This document shows positions 33,801 through 45,345 of a stretch of 64,000 bases of DNA, in pieces. The notes beneath the pieces are model-generated. The model searched no databases. It worked only from the letters and a program-made list of their open reading frames with translations, and was not told the origin of the DNA. Position 1 is the stretch's first letter; each line of letters begins with the position of its first letter. A program made the position numbers and the translations under genes. This DNA is from Antedon mediterranea. Taxonomy: Eukaryota; Animalia; Echinodermata. The stretch lies in assembly GCF_964355755.1 (NCBI RefSeq), contig NC_092673.1, forward strand, positions 16,611,548-16,675,547. Reading direction: 5' to 3'.

Positions 33801-36800
33801 TGGTATGTATATAAACTAACATTTGTTTGAATATTTATATTAAACACTAATTAAGTGAAGAAAAAAGAAATGTAGGATGTTGTCTACAGTTAGTTGACAT
33901 AGCAGCACTTCAATCATCTACTGCTCTGCATAAATGTATGCAAGCACACCTAACTAAATTTTGTTTATACAGATATTTCCAATATTGCAACAGTTTGTTG
34001 ACATAGCAGCACTTCAACCATCTACTGTTCTGCATCTGCAAACAAAAACAAATATGTTGATAATACTATTATTTCTACAAAATCATCAAAGGTTTACTGA
34101 TGGTATTTAAAATGCATACTGTGCTTCCTTTTCACAGCATGTTTTATTTTTGCTTGTACTTCAGGTTGTGTGAAGATTAAGTGATTCTTCATCACTGACA
34201 TTGTTTTTGCCAGAACTGACTTTACACCATACAGACTTCTTTTTTTTTTTTGGTTAAATGACCAGTGAATAAGTTCACCCACCTGCTCATTTAACAAGCT
34301 GATTCCAACATGCCATCACTTTAAAAATTCCACAACATGAAATTCGAGCATGTGCAATTTTGGAGATATGTTGATCTCCAATTTTCTGCAGTTGGACATG
34401 AAGTCTGATATATTTGAAGCTGTAAGTAAATTAATATATAAATTTAATTAATTCTTTAATAAGCAGCTGAGTGATAGAAACTCAATTCAGATTTTTTTTT
34501 TTTTTTCTTACCAACAATATCAATTTCATTCTCAGTCATTGCATTGGTATGGTTGATTGCCTTGTGTATGTCTGAAAATTGGTGGAAGATAGGTGTATAA
34601 ATCAATTGTGATTGCAATTTTTCAAGAAATCCAATTGGGATATCTGAGCTTTGTTCCTCTAGAACCTGGTTTGATGCAGATGTTAGCTGGTGAATAATAT
34701 CAACCTGTGAACAATATTGTCAATTGGGTAAATATTCAAACATTGCAACATACAACACTTAGTTTTTTAATAATAGTATTGTCATTAAATTTAAACTGTA
34801 TACTATCTTAAGTAGATGGTGTATTGTTTATTTTTATAATCACCTGGCAACACTTGTGTACATGATTGCCTACAAAGGCCTTCCCATGATAGGCTTGACT
34901 AGGAACCTTGTTTTGTTTGGAGAACTTCCTCCATTGCACAAACAATTGGCCCAGTGCCCTATTTCAAACCTTTGTTCAATTTTGTTTCCTAAAAAAAATA
35001 CATAATCTGTGTAAACTACTTTTGAATAATTAATTATGCATTCAGAATACAGTATATGTATGTGTAATACTATTCGTACTTAACATGCCATGTCTTTGAT
35101 TTCTTGTTGCTTTTCAGCAATACTCATAATTTGTGTCTTTACAGAATCAGATGCTGATGCTTCTGATTTGCAGTTTAAAAATACAAGCGGAATTTCATCT
35201 TCTAGGTGGGAAATTTGTGCTTGCATATCTGAGATGTGCTTCATCAATGCTGAATTTGTTGCAGCCTGCTCTACAGTAATTTTGTCGAAATTATTGACAC
35301 CTCCATCGGAATTTTTTTTGCCTTAACCTGAAGATCTCTGAATCCAATGTGTGCATTTCATTTTCTAACAGGTCATATAATTTCTTAAACACTCCTAAAG
35401 AAATATGGAGGCTTGGTACAGATACCTGCAATAATAACACATTTTCAAATGTAACCTCAAGATTTTATATTAGTACTATTACTTTATTATTTCAGTACTT
35501 GTACAAGTGTCGGACTGTATTATGATACAAATTGGTGAGCAGCATCATCATGGTGTTGTAGTAGAAAGGATGATAGTAGACATCAATGAACAATGGTGTT
35601 TCATTTTATCATTCTCCATAATGTGTGTCATGGTCACCTAAAGGATGCACATTGGACAAATGATGCACTTCTACCGGGGGTCATATGGTAAGTCACACAA
35701 TTGATAAGTGCGATATTTCCTACATGGTTGATGTCAATAGGCACCATTGTTTTTCTGATTACACTCCTGTATACCTCCTTGGAGTTTACCATTCCATGAT
35801 CTTCAAATAATTGATAGTCTTCATTCAATGTCTTTATAATAGACCTGTGGTCTTTTGGAACATCACCTCTGCATATCTGATGTTTGGTATGATGGCAAAA
35901 GAGACTGCAGTACCTTCCTAATGAAAGATTTGAAATAACAATTAAGGTTTGTATACAATAAATTATAATTCACATTAAATGCATATTAAATAAGATACTG
36001 TGTCTTACCATTTGGTCCATTGAGGCCATACATCCCTGACAAAAACTCCTAGTCTCCAAAGAAAAAGAGACGAATTTTGTGGCCCCTTAAAGGAAAAAAA
36101 AAATTAAAATTAATACAGCACACAAAAAAAGATTGTTTTTTAAAAATTAAAATGATTTTAATGTTGAAGACATACCTCCATTCAGTTTCTTCGCATACAT
36201 CCGGAAATACCCTGCTGATGTTGATGGTATAATCTGCTGACTCAAACATTAGAATAACAATAATGTTGCGAAGGGCATTTGGTTTCTCTAGACTGCAAAT
36301 TTGCAGTTCAAATTTCCTACTGCCACCTCCTTTGTCACCTCCAAAAATTTGATCCATACTTCTTTGTTGTAGAACTTTAGATTGTTTAATCTGTAAGTGA
36401 AATATACAATATTGTATTTTATTGTTTGCATAAATTTGGAGTTACAAAATGTAAAATAAGCATGTTATTTACTCATGATGGTGGTCCAAGTAGGAAAACA
36501 TCAACCTCTCAATATTAATCACTGGCAAAACAGGGGCCAGAAAATATTACAAATGCATTCTCAGCATTTGCTGCATCGCTTTTTAAGATGAATTCATCCA
36601 TGGAACCATGTAAGTATCCATCTACAATATCCAATTGGTGATCTCGCATTTTGCCTTCTGATGCTATAACACCTGGTTTCACATATCTTGAATAGAATTT
36701 AGAATAACAATTGTAAAATGACATTTTAAAATACAGCTAATTAAAATGTTGATATATTATTTTATGCACCACTATTTTCTTAATTTTCATACTTGCCTTC

Positions 36801-39768
36801 TTAGTTTCAGAATTTGTTGCCAAGTAAGATCGCAGTCAGCTTTGATGGCCAGTGACCTGTCAACATCATCAATGATACCAATTGGTGGCAAGTTAGATTG
36901 CATTTTATGATTAAATTGAAGTTGAGCTGAATCATGCGATATTGAATTTCGTATGGTTGATAATTCATGGGTGCGTCAACTGAGGGTTCTTTTGCCAACA
37001 CAACTGCTGGATTTTGTAGCTTTTTGTCATAGTAGTAATTGTCATTGGCTGTAAGTAAAACATTCTTATATGTTTTATATTTACAAGATTTATTGTCAAA
37101 GTTTAATACCTTATTTATTCATGTTCAGGGAATGTGTTTTAATACAATATTGTGTGGTAGGGTAGTTTATTCCAATAAATTCGGTAACAAAACACCCTGC
37201 ATTGATAGTCAGTTTTTAAAAATATGTCTAAAATATATATACTATTATATATAATTTTTAGGTTCATTTGATTTGCCCATTATTCAATAAAATCTCTGTA
37301 CTTTGGTACAGTGGTTTTGTGAAAAATGTTGGCTTTCTAAAAAAAAATAACTCACCCTTCTATTTGTTGGTAACTCAATTTTTTTTTTTTTTTTTAGTGA
37401 TTTGGATACCAACTTCCTTGCAAATTGCTGGACAGGTTCGGGTATCTTCTCGCCAACAATTTCTTTGTTTATGGTCTTAATTGCATTGGTTACAGCATTA
37501 TACCGTTGCTCAGCCTCTGTTGTGCATTTATGCTGACTGCACTAGTTATACTTCAGACATTTCCCACACAACCGACATTGCAATTCAACCGTTTGCAAAG
37601 ATTGTTGTACCAGTAATGATGGTTTTTTTCATGTCACGTTCAAATGTTATCGGTGACGCACAGGCAAAACATGGGGAATGTATGTAGTCGAAGAGTACAG
37701 AACAATTGACAGAGACAGTACATACAAAAATGGTGGGAACACTGAGTTTCTGCATTATCAAGCGACAGAATATGTTTACAAATAGAACATTGAAACAAAG
37801 ACAGTGCTGATTGGTCATAAAGGGTGAATTGCTCAGTTAATGAATTGAATTTTAAATCTTGCATGAAAGTTTTTTTATTGAATTTTATCCTGTGACCTTG
37901 TTTCTGTTGATTTTCATAAAGATAACAAGCTGTGCACTGTAAATCATCATGTTGTCTCCAGATGTAAGGTGTAATTAATGTCGTTTGTTTGTATGCAGCT
38001 GATTGACAAGTATGACAAACATATGATGGATGAACATTTTTATCTTCTTCAACAATTTTAATGTTTAGAAAATTTAAAGTTTGTGTTTTGATGCTTTTAA
38101 GTTCATATTTTCAGTCAGAAATTTTGAATTTTATTCCACAAATTCTACAAATATTTAATAAAGATTCAGAATGGAAATCCATAATTAGTATTATTTGTAG
38201 GCCCTAGGCCTAATTAATTATGTAATTTTTGTAATCAGCAATTTATTTACACAACACAAATAATACAATGAAATACAGTAAAATGATAATGTAAATAAAG
38301 TTTTATGAACAGTACAGGTATAGTTCAGTGTTTCTCTCTCTCTCTGGCTAGGCATCTTAATATTATGCCAAAATACCCACATCAATTGTCATTAGAGTTT
38401 AAAAAAAAGTAGTCTTATTTACCAGGTGTGTAGAGCCTCTAACCAGTTTTTTACGTCAAAACGAAAACTTAAACGGTGAAAGAATAAATATTGAAAATGA
38501 TCGTTGAACAGTCAGTTTTTCGGTGAAGTGACTACTACTGTACTTTGCGCTTTTTATTGAGGGCGCTATTTATTTACAATTCTATCGAGTACGGCGGTCG
38601 TTAAAACAGTCGTACTATTTTTACTAATAACTGAATTAATATTGCATAATTTGAAGTATTACTTCATTGCTTGTTGTAAAACTAATATATTTACTTGTAA
38701 ATATTATTATTTGTTGTTAATATTTTATATTATGATTGTAACGTTTAATTTACTAGCTTAGTAATTATCGCTATCTCTGCGATGTTCGCTGGGCTCTCGC
38801 GTTCAGTCAAGCGTGCAAAACCTTAACAACAAAGGCTTTGGTTAGCATAAAAAATAAAAGCGCGTTGAAAACACACTTTATGTCCATAGTTACTATTATT
38901 CGAAACCACCGTTGCAACTATTGGTTCTTTAAAATAAAGCATTTCGCCATAAAAAGCATGCTTTATAACAGTTTATTACATAAGAGGGGCATAATATACA
39001 AAATTGAATTTACAGTAAAACTTTGGACAAAAACTGCTGCCACATTTTTTTTATTATTATAGTGATCGACTAACGTGTATAATTCTCGTCTATTTTAGGT
39101 GCATTCAGATGTGCGTAAGCTTAACGTTGCCATTGACCGCTGTTGCATTGAGCATGAAATCGGGTGTGATGTACGATCAATTGACGAGTAGTGAACAAGA
39201 AGTATACGTTACATTTGCTATTGCAACAGGAATGTTTTCCTTTATGTTTGTGGAGACTTTTATGTTCGGCTCTAGACGAAGAATAGGTCAATTACACTTT
39301 TATTTTACGGCCATTTTTTCATTATTCATATCAGTCGGTATGAAAAAGGATTATTCGATGAGTATACTATTTTTAACATCTCAAGGTAACAAGGCTACGC
39401 TTCGACTGCTACACTTGATGGAAGTGTATTGGAAACGTGAGAGGCCGAGAAAGACACAATATCAAGTGACCGTCTGCATACATACAGTACTTACTTTACT
39501 CTTTAATTTGATGTTTCCAATACTCTGCTTTTTTTCTCTGGTTTTACATAGGCACCGAAACACGTTCACTGAACTTTCCACAGAAGGTTACGTAATTTTC
39601 TGTACACTGCTCATTTTGATAGTCGTGTACAATACATCGTCTGTACTGTCAGCCGTCCGTCTATGTAAAAATATTTCTAATGATTTAAGTGAACCACAGT
39701 CTATCGAACTTACATCGACGGCTCCGCCTTCTTACGATGATGTGTTGGCAGAAACTGCCATCGTGTAA
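30815..39768 (+). CDS. Multi-pass (about 6-7 TM) membrane protein, 273 aa, with C-terminal PPxY; exons 30815-30966 and 39099-39768, 8.1-kb intron
   Basis: Exon 1 is 50 codons plus AT|GTAAGT. Acceptor TTTTAG|G TGC ATT CAG ATG completes a phase-2 codon in frame with ORF 39109-39768; 822 nt in total. Tail APPSYDDV. Confidence 0.7.
31093..31921. mobile_element. Mutator-type (MULE) non-autonomous element
   Basis: TIRs of about 135 bp (GCGATTTT...AAAATCGC) flanked by a 9-bp direct repeat AGCCAGGTA at 31084-31092 and 31922-31930. Confidence 0.85.
33018..33870 (+). repeat. Direct duplication at about 470-bp spacing, plus a partial third copy
   Basis: aatgaattcagtaatataa.agatactgtttaaatggtatgtatattatttaacc...ttttcagaacacatggat at about 33018 and 33487; partial at about 33790. 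Confidence 0.75.
33900..38182 (-). pseudogene. Multi-exon Chapaev transposase pseudogene (Chapa zinc domain, RING, DDE core)
   Basis: MDFHSESLLNICRICG, DKNVHPSYVCHTC, WRQHDDLQCTAC (Chapa); CSIC...CSHHFCMYC (RING); GGDKGGGS, FFGD*EFL..MYGLNG, VPSLHISLG, QAYHGKAFVGNH, SPKLHMLEFH, NEQVGELIH. Several stops and frameshifts. Confidence 0.85.
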
Positions 39769-39978
39769 AAAAAAAAAAATATGTATTTTAATCATTAGTA
39801 TTATAGAAATAAAAGAGAGAAAAGAAGAAACAGTTTTTTTGTGTGTGTGTCTTAATTTCAGTCACATAAACAACGACGACGAAAGAAATGATTGTAGTGT
39901 AACTTTATTTCATTTCCAAGAACCTTATTTGTAAACATTTTCTTATTCTAAATGGTTTTTTTTTTGTTGGTGGTAAGC

Positions 39979-41670
39979 TTAACATTTCTTCTGACGTTTA
40001 CTGTCTACGTTGTGAATGCTTTTCTTTCTCTTTTTTGGTTCATTAGGAACAACAGCAGAAGCAGCAGCATCTTCCGCTTCCTTATCTTTTTTTTTCTCCT
40101 CCTCTTCCTCCTCCTCCTCCTCCTCCTCATCCTCATCCTTTTCTAACTTGATGGCATCACGACGACGAGTTTCAGTTACTTCGATCGCACTATGATACTC
40201 TTCCAGTGTGTAGCCGGACATTTCACACGCCTGCTCTTCAGAAACGGCTTCTCGTCCGATTATGCCCTTTACGACGGCCAATATAGTTTCGGGACAGTCT
40301 TCGTTCTGACGCGCATAAAACTCTTGGTACGCCGTGTCGTTTTGCGATATCTTGCTTCCAAACAGATATCTTGGCGTAATGTCAACTCCTTTCTCGAGGT
40401 TGATGAGAGTAAGAAATCGATTAGCAGGCGATGCATTTTTGTCCGAATAGCATACGATACTCAGATCGGCACGCGCCAGATCACCAGTACCGATGGCCAA
40501 GCGCTGTTCGGAACTCATCGGCTGAAGTTGTTTACCGGGTACGAATCTGGCCACGTTTAGGTTCTTGTATCTTCGGTTTGTGGCGTTGTCGAGAAACAGT
40601 TTCTTGGACATGTCGGAAACGAACTTTAACGATGGATTGTTGTCTTCGAGCTCTTGTCGCGTGCAATCGCGTGCTTGTCTATAGCTTACGTTCGTCTTCA
40701 TCTTCACGTATGGATTCTTTGGAGATCCATCAAAGGGCATCTTGACTTTTTGATACACGCCTGCATTGTTAGCCACATCTTTCGATCCATGTTGACCCCT
40801 GAATTTCTTCATGATGCTGGTGATGCATCGTTTCGCGTCCACTTTGTCGACGCTGTGACAATCTTTGTAGGAGGCGTGTGACTTGCAGTTCACATGCGCC
40901 TCGAAACAATATTTCAACTGTACCATCATGAGTATAATGTTCAGTTTACAGAATCGCACACATCCGTTCAACGGATTTTGATGTCCGTTCACGGTTAGCA
41001 CGTACGCTGCGTTGTTTAGGTCGGTGGTGCCGAGTTGCTCCTCTCTCAACTGTTTGTCTTTGTTGACTTGTATCTTCTTCTGTAGCAGTTCGGCCGTGAG
41101 ATAATTGCCCAGTTCACTCAGACCAGATTCGGTAATGGCGAGCGATCCGGTGCTCATCGTTTTGCTCTCGTTGCCGTCACGATCAACAAACATGATGTTA
41201 AATTTCGAGCGCAATTGCTCCTTTTCGACGGCTTCGAGACGTATCGACTTGATTGAGAGAACGTCAAATTTTTGCCCGCAGTCCCATTTCTCGACCGATT
41301 CGAGCACTCTTTTGCCACTGTCGTCCAAAGACTCGTGTTTCTTGGCGGCACACTCTAGCATCGAGTAGAGAATTTTCACAAAGAGTGGCGTTTTTTTCAA
41401 GTTTTCGAAAAACGTATCAAAGTCACGTATCTTACTCTCGTTCCATTCGATCTTTTCGAATCCGGGAAACAGAGTGGAATCCATGACCATCTCATCGGTA
41501 CAATTCAATGTTCGAGGATCCAACGGCGACTTCCAATTCTTTCCCTTGTTCATAACCCATCTCAGATAGTCGGCAGAAAGTTTTTCGAAAGAAAGTTTAT
41601 CGTTTAGATACTCTTCTAGAGCTACTTCTTCGGCAGACAACGAGAATCGTAATTGCAATTGCCCTGACAT
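39979..41670 (-). CDS. Hypothetical protein of about 563 aa with acidic then basic (NLS-like) C-terminus
   Basis: Long ORF with viral-type composition; ATG at 41670 downstream of (GT)n/(TCG)n runs; CxxHxxCxxH-like stretch. No family recognised. Confidence 0.8.
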   Translation of the reverse strand: MSGQLQLRFSLSAEEVALEEYLNDKLSFEKLSADYLRWVMNKGKNWKSPLDPRTLNCTDEMVMDSTLFPGFEKIEWNESKIRDFDTFFENLKKTPLFVKILYSMLECAAKKHESLDDSGKRVLESVEKWDCGQKFDVLSIKSIRLEAVEKEQLRSKFNIMFVDRDGNESKTMSTGSLAITESGLSELGNYLTAELLQKKIQVNKDKQLREEQLGTTDLNNAAYVLTVNGHQNPLNGCVRFCKLNIILMMVQLKYCFEAHVNCKSHASYKDCHSVDKVDAKRCITSIMKKFRGQHGSKDVANNAGVYQKVKMPFDGSPKNPYVKMKTNVSYRQARDCTRQELEDNNPSLKFVSDMSKKLFLDNATNRRYKNLNVARFVPGKQLQPMSSEQRLAIGTGDLARADLSIVCYSDKNASPANRFLTLINLEKGVDITPRYLFGSKISQNDTAYQEFYARQNEDCPETILAVVKGIIGREAVSEEQACEMSGYTLEEYHSAIEVTETRRRDAIKLEKDEDEEEEEEEEEEEKKKDKEAEDAAASAVVPNEPKKRKKSIHNVDSKRQKKC

Positions 41671-41743
41671 GATGAACACTGATGTTGCGAATAAAAACAA
41701 AATTGGCCGTATTTAAGGACTTCTGACGACGACGACGACGACG

Positions 41744-41775
<32 letters not shown>

Positions 41776-41778
41776 GTT

Positions 41779-42270
41779 ATGGTTTCCTTAGTTTTCTCTT
41801 CATCGTTTGTAGCAATCTCGTCCGTCACTTTCCTCGTCATACTCTGTGCTTACACGCCCGATCTGCTACCGAAAACACGTCATTTTGGAAAATCTCGAAC
41901 CACCGACACATTACAGTTGAGCGGAGACTGTTTAAGTGCCACTCTCACGAACGCGAATCTTTCGTGCAGCATGCACGTCACCGACACTTTTTCTATATTG
42001 GCATCGGTTGTGTGCAGCAGCGTCCAAGGCGAGTGTAGTTTGTGTGGCGTGGTCGGAGAGTACGTGTACGTACGGTGTTACGACGATGATGGAAGGTTTG
42101 TATACGGTTCACTAGTGTTAACGAAAAAGCCACCACTTTTGTCGAGGTATCCCATATCTCCTCTCTTCAGAACGGTTAACAACAGGTTTGCGTACGCTAC
42201 GAGCAACGGCACGGTGGAGGAAAAAGTATTAAATAACAGAGACGGAGACTTGATGTTTAGATCAATATGA
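41779..42270 (+). CDS. Signal-anchored membrane protein, 163 aa
   Basis: N-terminal hydrophobic segment; Cys-containing beta-rich ectodomain; ATGA overlap with the next gene. Confidence 0.65.
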   Translation: MVSLVFSSSFVAISSVTFLVILCAYTPDLLPKTRHFGKSRTTDTLQLSGDCLSATLTNANLSCSMHVTDTFSILASVVCSSVQGECSLCGVVGEYVYVRCYDDDGRFVYGSLVLTKKPPLLSRYPISPLFRTVNNRFAYATSNGTVEEKVLNNRDGDLMFRSI

Positions 42271-43226
42271 ATCTTATCCGACTACGTACAATTCAACGCA
42301 TCACTTCTGCGTCCACTGTATGGGTGATACGGTCAAAGTATGCTCGACGAGGCAGCGTATCGTTGATCGCGTCTGCTGCATTCGTTCTGTTGTTGTACGA
42401 AACGTTCGCGGTCGAACGGTACCAGTTGTACGGCTGTCACAAACGCTACTCGGTCGGTCAGCAAGAATGCACCATTCAACAACGAAGCGGTTCAGACGGT
42501 CTGATGGTGACGTTGCGCGTCGTTGGAACGCTGTTGTTTTCTCTCTCGTTCTTGCCGTTAATCGTCTTGGAATGGTTGTTTGGAGCCAGACGAATGGCTG
42601 ATGTTATAGCCTGTGACCTAAAACATCATTACGACCGTATTATGGGTAGTAGTGGTGGTGGTGGTGGTACACGAGGAAATAATTTCTACGCGTTTTACGT
42701 TCGACAATTAGGATACACGGGCAGATTGTCTGGACAAGTTTTTGTTCGCAACGTAGTCGAGCGTGAAGTTTACTGGCGAAGAGTTTTAACGTGTCAGCTC
42801 GCCTCTATCTACCTTGAATGGATGTCATCTTCGTACGTCGTCGCACGATCAAGATTGCATAGAGTTAAGCTGGCCGTGAGAATTATCGTGGTTTTCTGTT
42901 CGATAGTAGTACCCGCCGCTGTGACACCAAACATTTCGATCGAACATCGAATTTGCGTTGGCGTTGCCGGAATTCTCTTTCACGTGGCTCCTTTGCACGC
43001 GTTCATCTTTCTGTTACCGTTCACCGGCTGGTGGTGGACGACCATCGTAGCTTGGATTATTTCTCACGTTATCGGCATTCTGCTTACAATTCGTAGCGAA
43101 CGAGTCGAGGAACTGGAAGCGGTGATGCGCAACTATAAACATCTCGATAGAAACAACGTGAACGATACAGTGTTTTTGATGTATCTAGGAGGAAAGAAGA
43201 AGTGGTCGCCTTCGTCGATGGCATAA
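42267..43226 (+). CDS. Multi-pass membrane protein, 319 aa
   Basis: About 5 hydrophobic segments; ATGA overlap with the upstream ORF. Confidence 0.7.
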   Translation: MNLIRLRTIQRITSASTVWVIRSKYARRGSVSLIASAAFVLLLYETFAVERYQLYGCHKRYSVGQQECTIQQRSGSDGLMVTLRVVGTLLFSLSFLPLIVLEWLFGARRMADVIACDLKHHYDRIMGSSGGGGGTRGNNFYAFYVRQLGYTGRLSGQVFVRNVVEREVYWRRVLTCQLASIYLEWMSSSYVVARSRLHRVKLAVRIIVVFCSIVVPAAVTPNISIEHRICVGVAGILFHVAPLHAFIFLLPFTGWWWTTIVAWIISHVIGILLTIRSERVEELEAVMRNYKHLDRNNVNDTVFLMYLGGKKKWSPSSMA

Positions 43227-43377
43227 ACGAGTATATAATATTATGTGCGTCCAAATGTTTAAAATTGCATTATTGACATTGGCATGATGACACCACTTAC
43301 AAATTAAAGCTACATTCAGATGTTTAATGAATTGCAGCAATCAATTGAATAATTACGACGTTTGTAAACTCAAGTAC

Positions 43378-44064
43378 ATATGGGTCGTGTCACCTACAAA
43401 AGGAGTTGAAATTTAAAAAAAAAAAAATGTATTATTATAATAATATTAATCTACATTAATCTATATAATATCTGTATATAATACTGTTAATATATATATA
43501 TATATATATATATTTATACATCTTATATGTTACGATATATATCTTTTATATTCTTGTCTTTTTGATGTTTATTCGTATTTTTATAAGATCTTGTATTTTT
43601 GTATTCATGACTTTTTATATATTTTCAATTAATTGTTTGAGAGCTTGTTAACAACGAAACGAATTTCCCTTTGGACCAATAAATTTCTGTATTCTGTATG
43701 TATTCTGTATTCTTTAAAACTTTCCAAAAAAATATTTAACTTGCTTTATAATTTCTTTCAAGACAATTAAGATATGACCCGATTTCAACAAAGCACTTCT
43801 AAATTCAATAGATTACTTCCGAATTCAATAGATTATCAACAATTAGAAAACAGCCTTTAAAGTTCAAGATACCATTAGTTATTATGTACACACTTAAACA
43901 ATGAATACGAATAAAGATTACGCTTTAATTTCTTTCAATTTTATTATCATCTTCATATATAAAATACAACAATTAAAAAATTGCATAATTATGTTGATTA
44001 ATGGATTATTTTGAGCACACAATCTGTTAACATAATTCACTTCTACTCTAGATCATGATTAGGC
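43378..44064 (+). mobile_element. Truncated R1 copy carrying a nested insertion (about 43458-43710) resembling a LINE 3' tail
   Basis: Terminus ATATGGGTCGTGTCACCTACAAAAGGAG; body matches R1; the insert ends AATTTCCCTTTGGACCAATAAA followed by (TTCTGTA)n. Confidence 0.7.
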
Positions 44065-44074
44065 TGATCCGCGC

Positions 44075-44640
44075 ACGCAATCAAATGAAGAGGCATAACA
44101 TGTCGTGCATTCGTCGCATGTTGTATGATGAGTAAATCAATTAAAATCTTTTTTTACTTCGGTAAGAAGTCAAAGCATTTGATTGTTTAACTTTTCAATG
44201 GGTATTCGTTCGATGTACATAATGCATTGGAACATTAAACATTTATGCAAAACTTATCTTCAAGACTTTCTTCACCAAGGGCAGTACACGTTTATTGTTA
44301 AAGTATTCAACATGTGGTGTTACGCATAACGTTCGTTCGATAATGTTTTAGAAAAATCAATCACAATGCGTGTTTAAAACACCGGGTCATACAAAATGAG
44401 AGAAATAAAAAGTATATATATTTAAACTGGACATATTATTTATTTAAAGAAAAAAAAAACATATTCATTCAATCCAACGATATAACAACGTGCATCATTG
44501 TCTGGCATGCTATAATACAAACGATTACTTCGACCTCAATGACAGTGTGCGTCAATGTTTAAGCATTCAGTTTACACACAAGAGAGAACATACATCCCCT
44601 TATACAAAATATGTTCATAACCTTCTAGATCATTCCTTAT
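44075..44640 (-). repeat. Diverged, inverted, single-copy homolog of the satellite unit and its flanking control region
   Basis: gaggcataacatgtcgtgcattcgtcgcatgttgtat is the reverse complement of the array core. 44335-44356 and 44540-44635 match the reverse complements of 21536-21562 and 21430-21512. Confidence 0.8.
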
Positions 44641-44659
44641 ACGGTACTTCTCACTCAAT

Positions 44660-45345
44660 ATTATCAATTCATTATCCCTTTATCCGCCCTTTATCAATTC
44701 ATTATCCCTTTATCGACAACATCGCGTTACAGAACTTCTATAATAAAACTAAAATATACCCATTTAGAAACAAAGTATAATTATTGTCTGTCACGCGGCG
44801 TGTAACGCAGGTATATTATCTGCCAATAGAGGGCGCACTACTTATTGTATTCGTTATCAGGACTACAAAATACTATACAAGCCGTTTAAATTATAATAAT
44901 ATCAATTCATTATCCCGGCCCTTCAATCGATAACAAACACTTTGTCTTCTATTAATATACCGTTTAGTATAACTTCGAATACACTTTTGTTAGTTTTTTT
45001 AATCAGGGTTCATTATCGAATACATCGTGTTAGAGAACAACTATAAGTTAGTAAATACAGTATATATTTTCTGTCACGACGTTTAATATCATAATACAGT
45101 CATATTATCTGTCAATAGAGGGCGCAATACTTATTTCTTTCGTTATCAGGACTACAATTAGTACTACACGGCGTTTAATTCATTATCCCTTTATCGAGAA
45201 CAAACACGCCGTCTTCTACGTTTAGTAAAACTTCGAATACACTTTTAATTCTGTATACTGTTTAGTTTACAAATTACACATTTTATTATCAATTCATTAT
45301 CCCTTTATCGAGAACATCGTGTTAGAGAACAACACGCCGTCGTTT
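44660..45345. promoter_or_regulatory. Cluster of short direct repeats (TCAATTCATTATCCCTTTATCG) and two CTCF-like motifs upstream of the DED genes
   Basis: About 5 copies of the motif; TGCCAATAGAGGGCGCACTA at 44821 and TGTCAATAGAGGGCGCAATA at 45110, in a duplication of about 290 bp. Confidence 0.5.

Larger units (their letters stand above)
32561..38530 (-). mobile_element. Decayed Chapaev (CMC) DNA transposon; boundaries tentative
   Basis: Contains a Chapaev-type transposase pseudogene. Candidate termini are CACTTTAGGAACTGA at 32561 and TCAGTTTTTCGGTGAAGTG ending at 38530. No TSD found. Confidence 0.6.

Noticed and set aside
33900-38182. Chapaev transposase as the virus's integrase (Teratorn-style fusion), or as true RAG1
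   Set aside because: It is full of stops, has host-like composition and lies in an intron while the viral genes are intact. The core motifs (GGDKGGG, LHISLG, KLHMLE) are Chapaev-type rather than RAG1.
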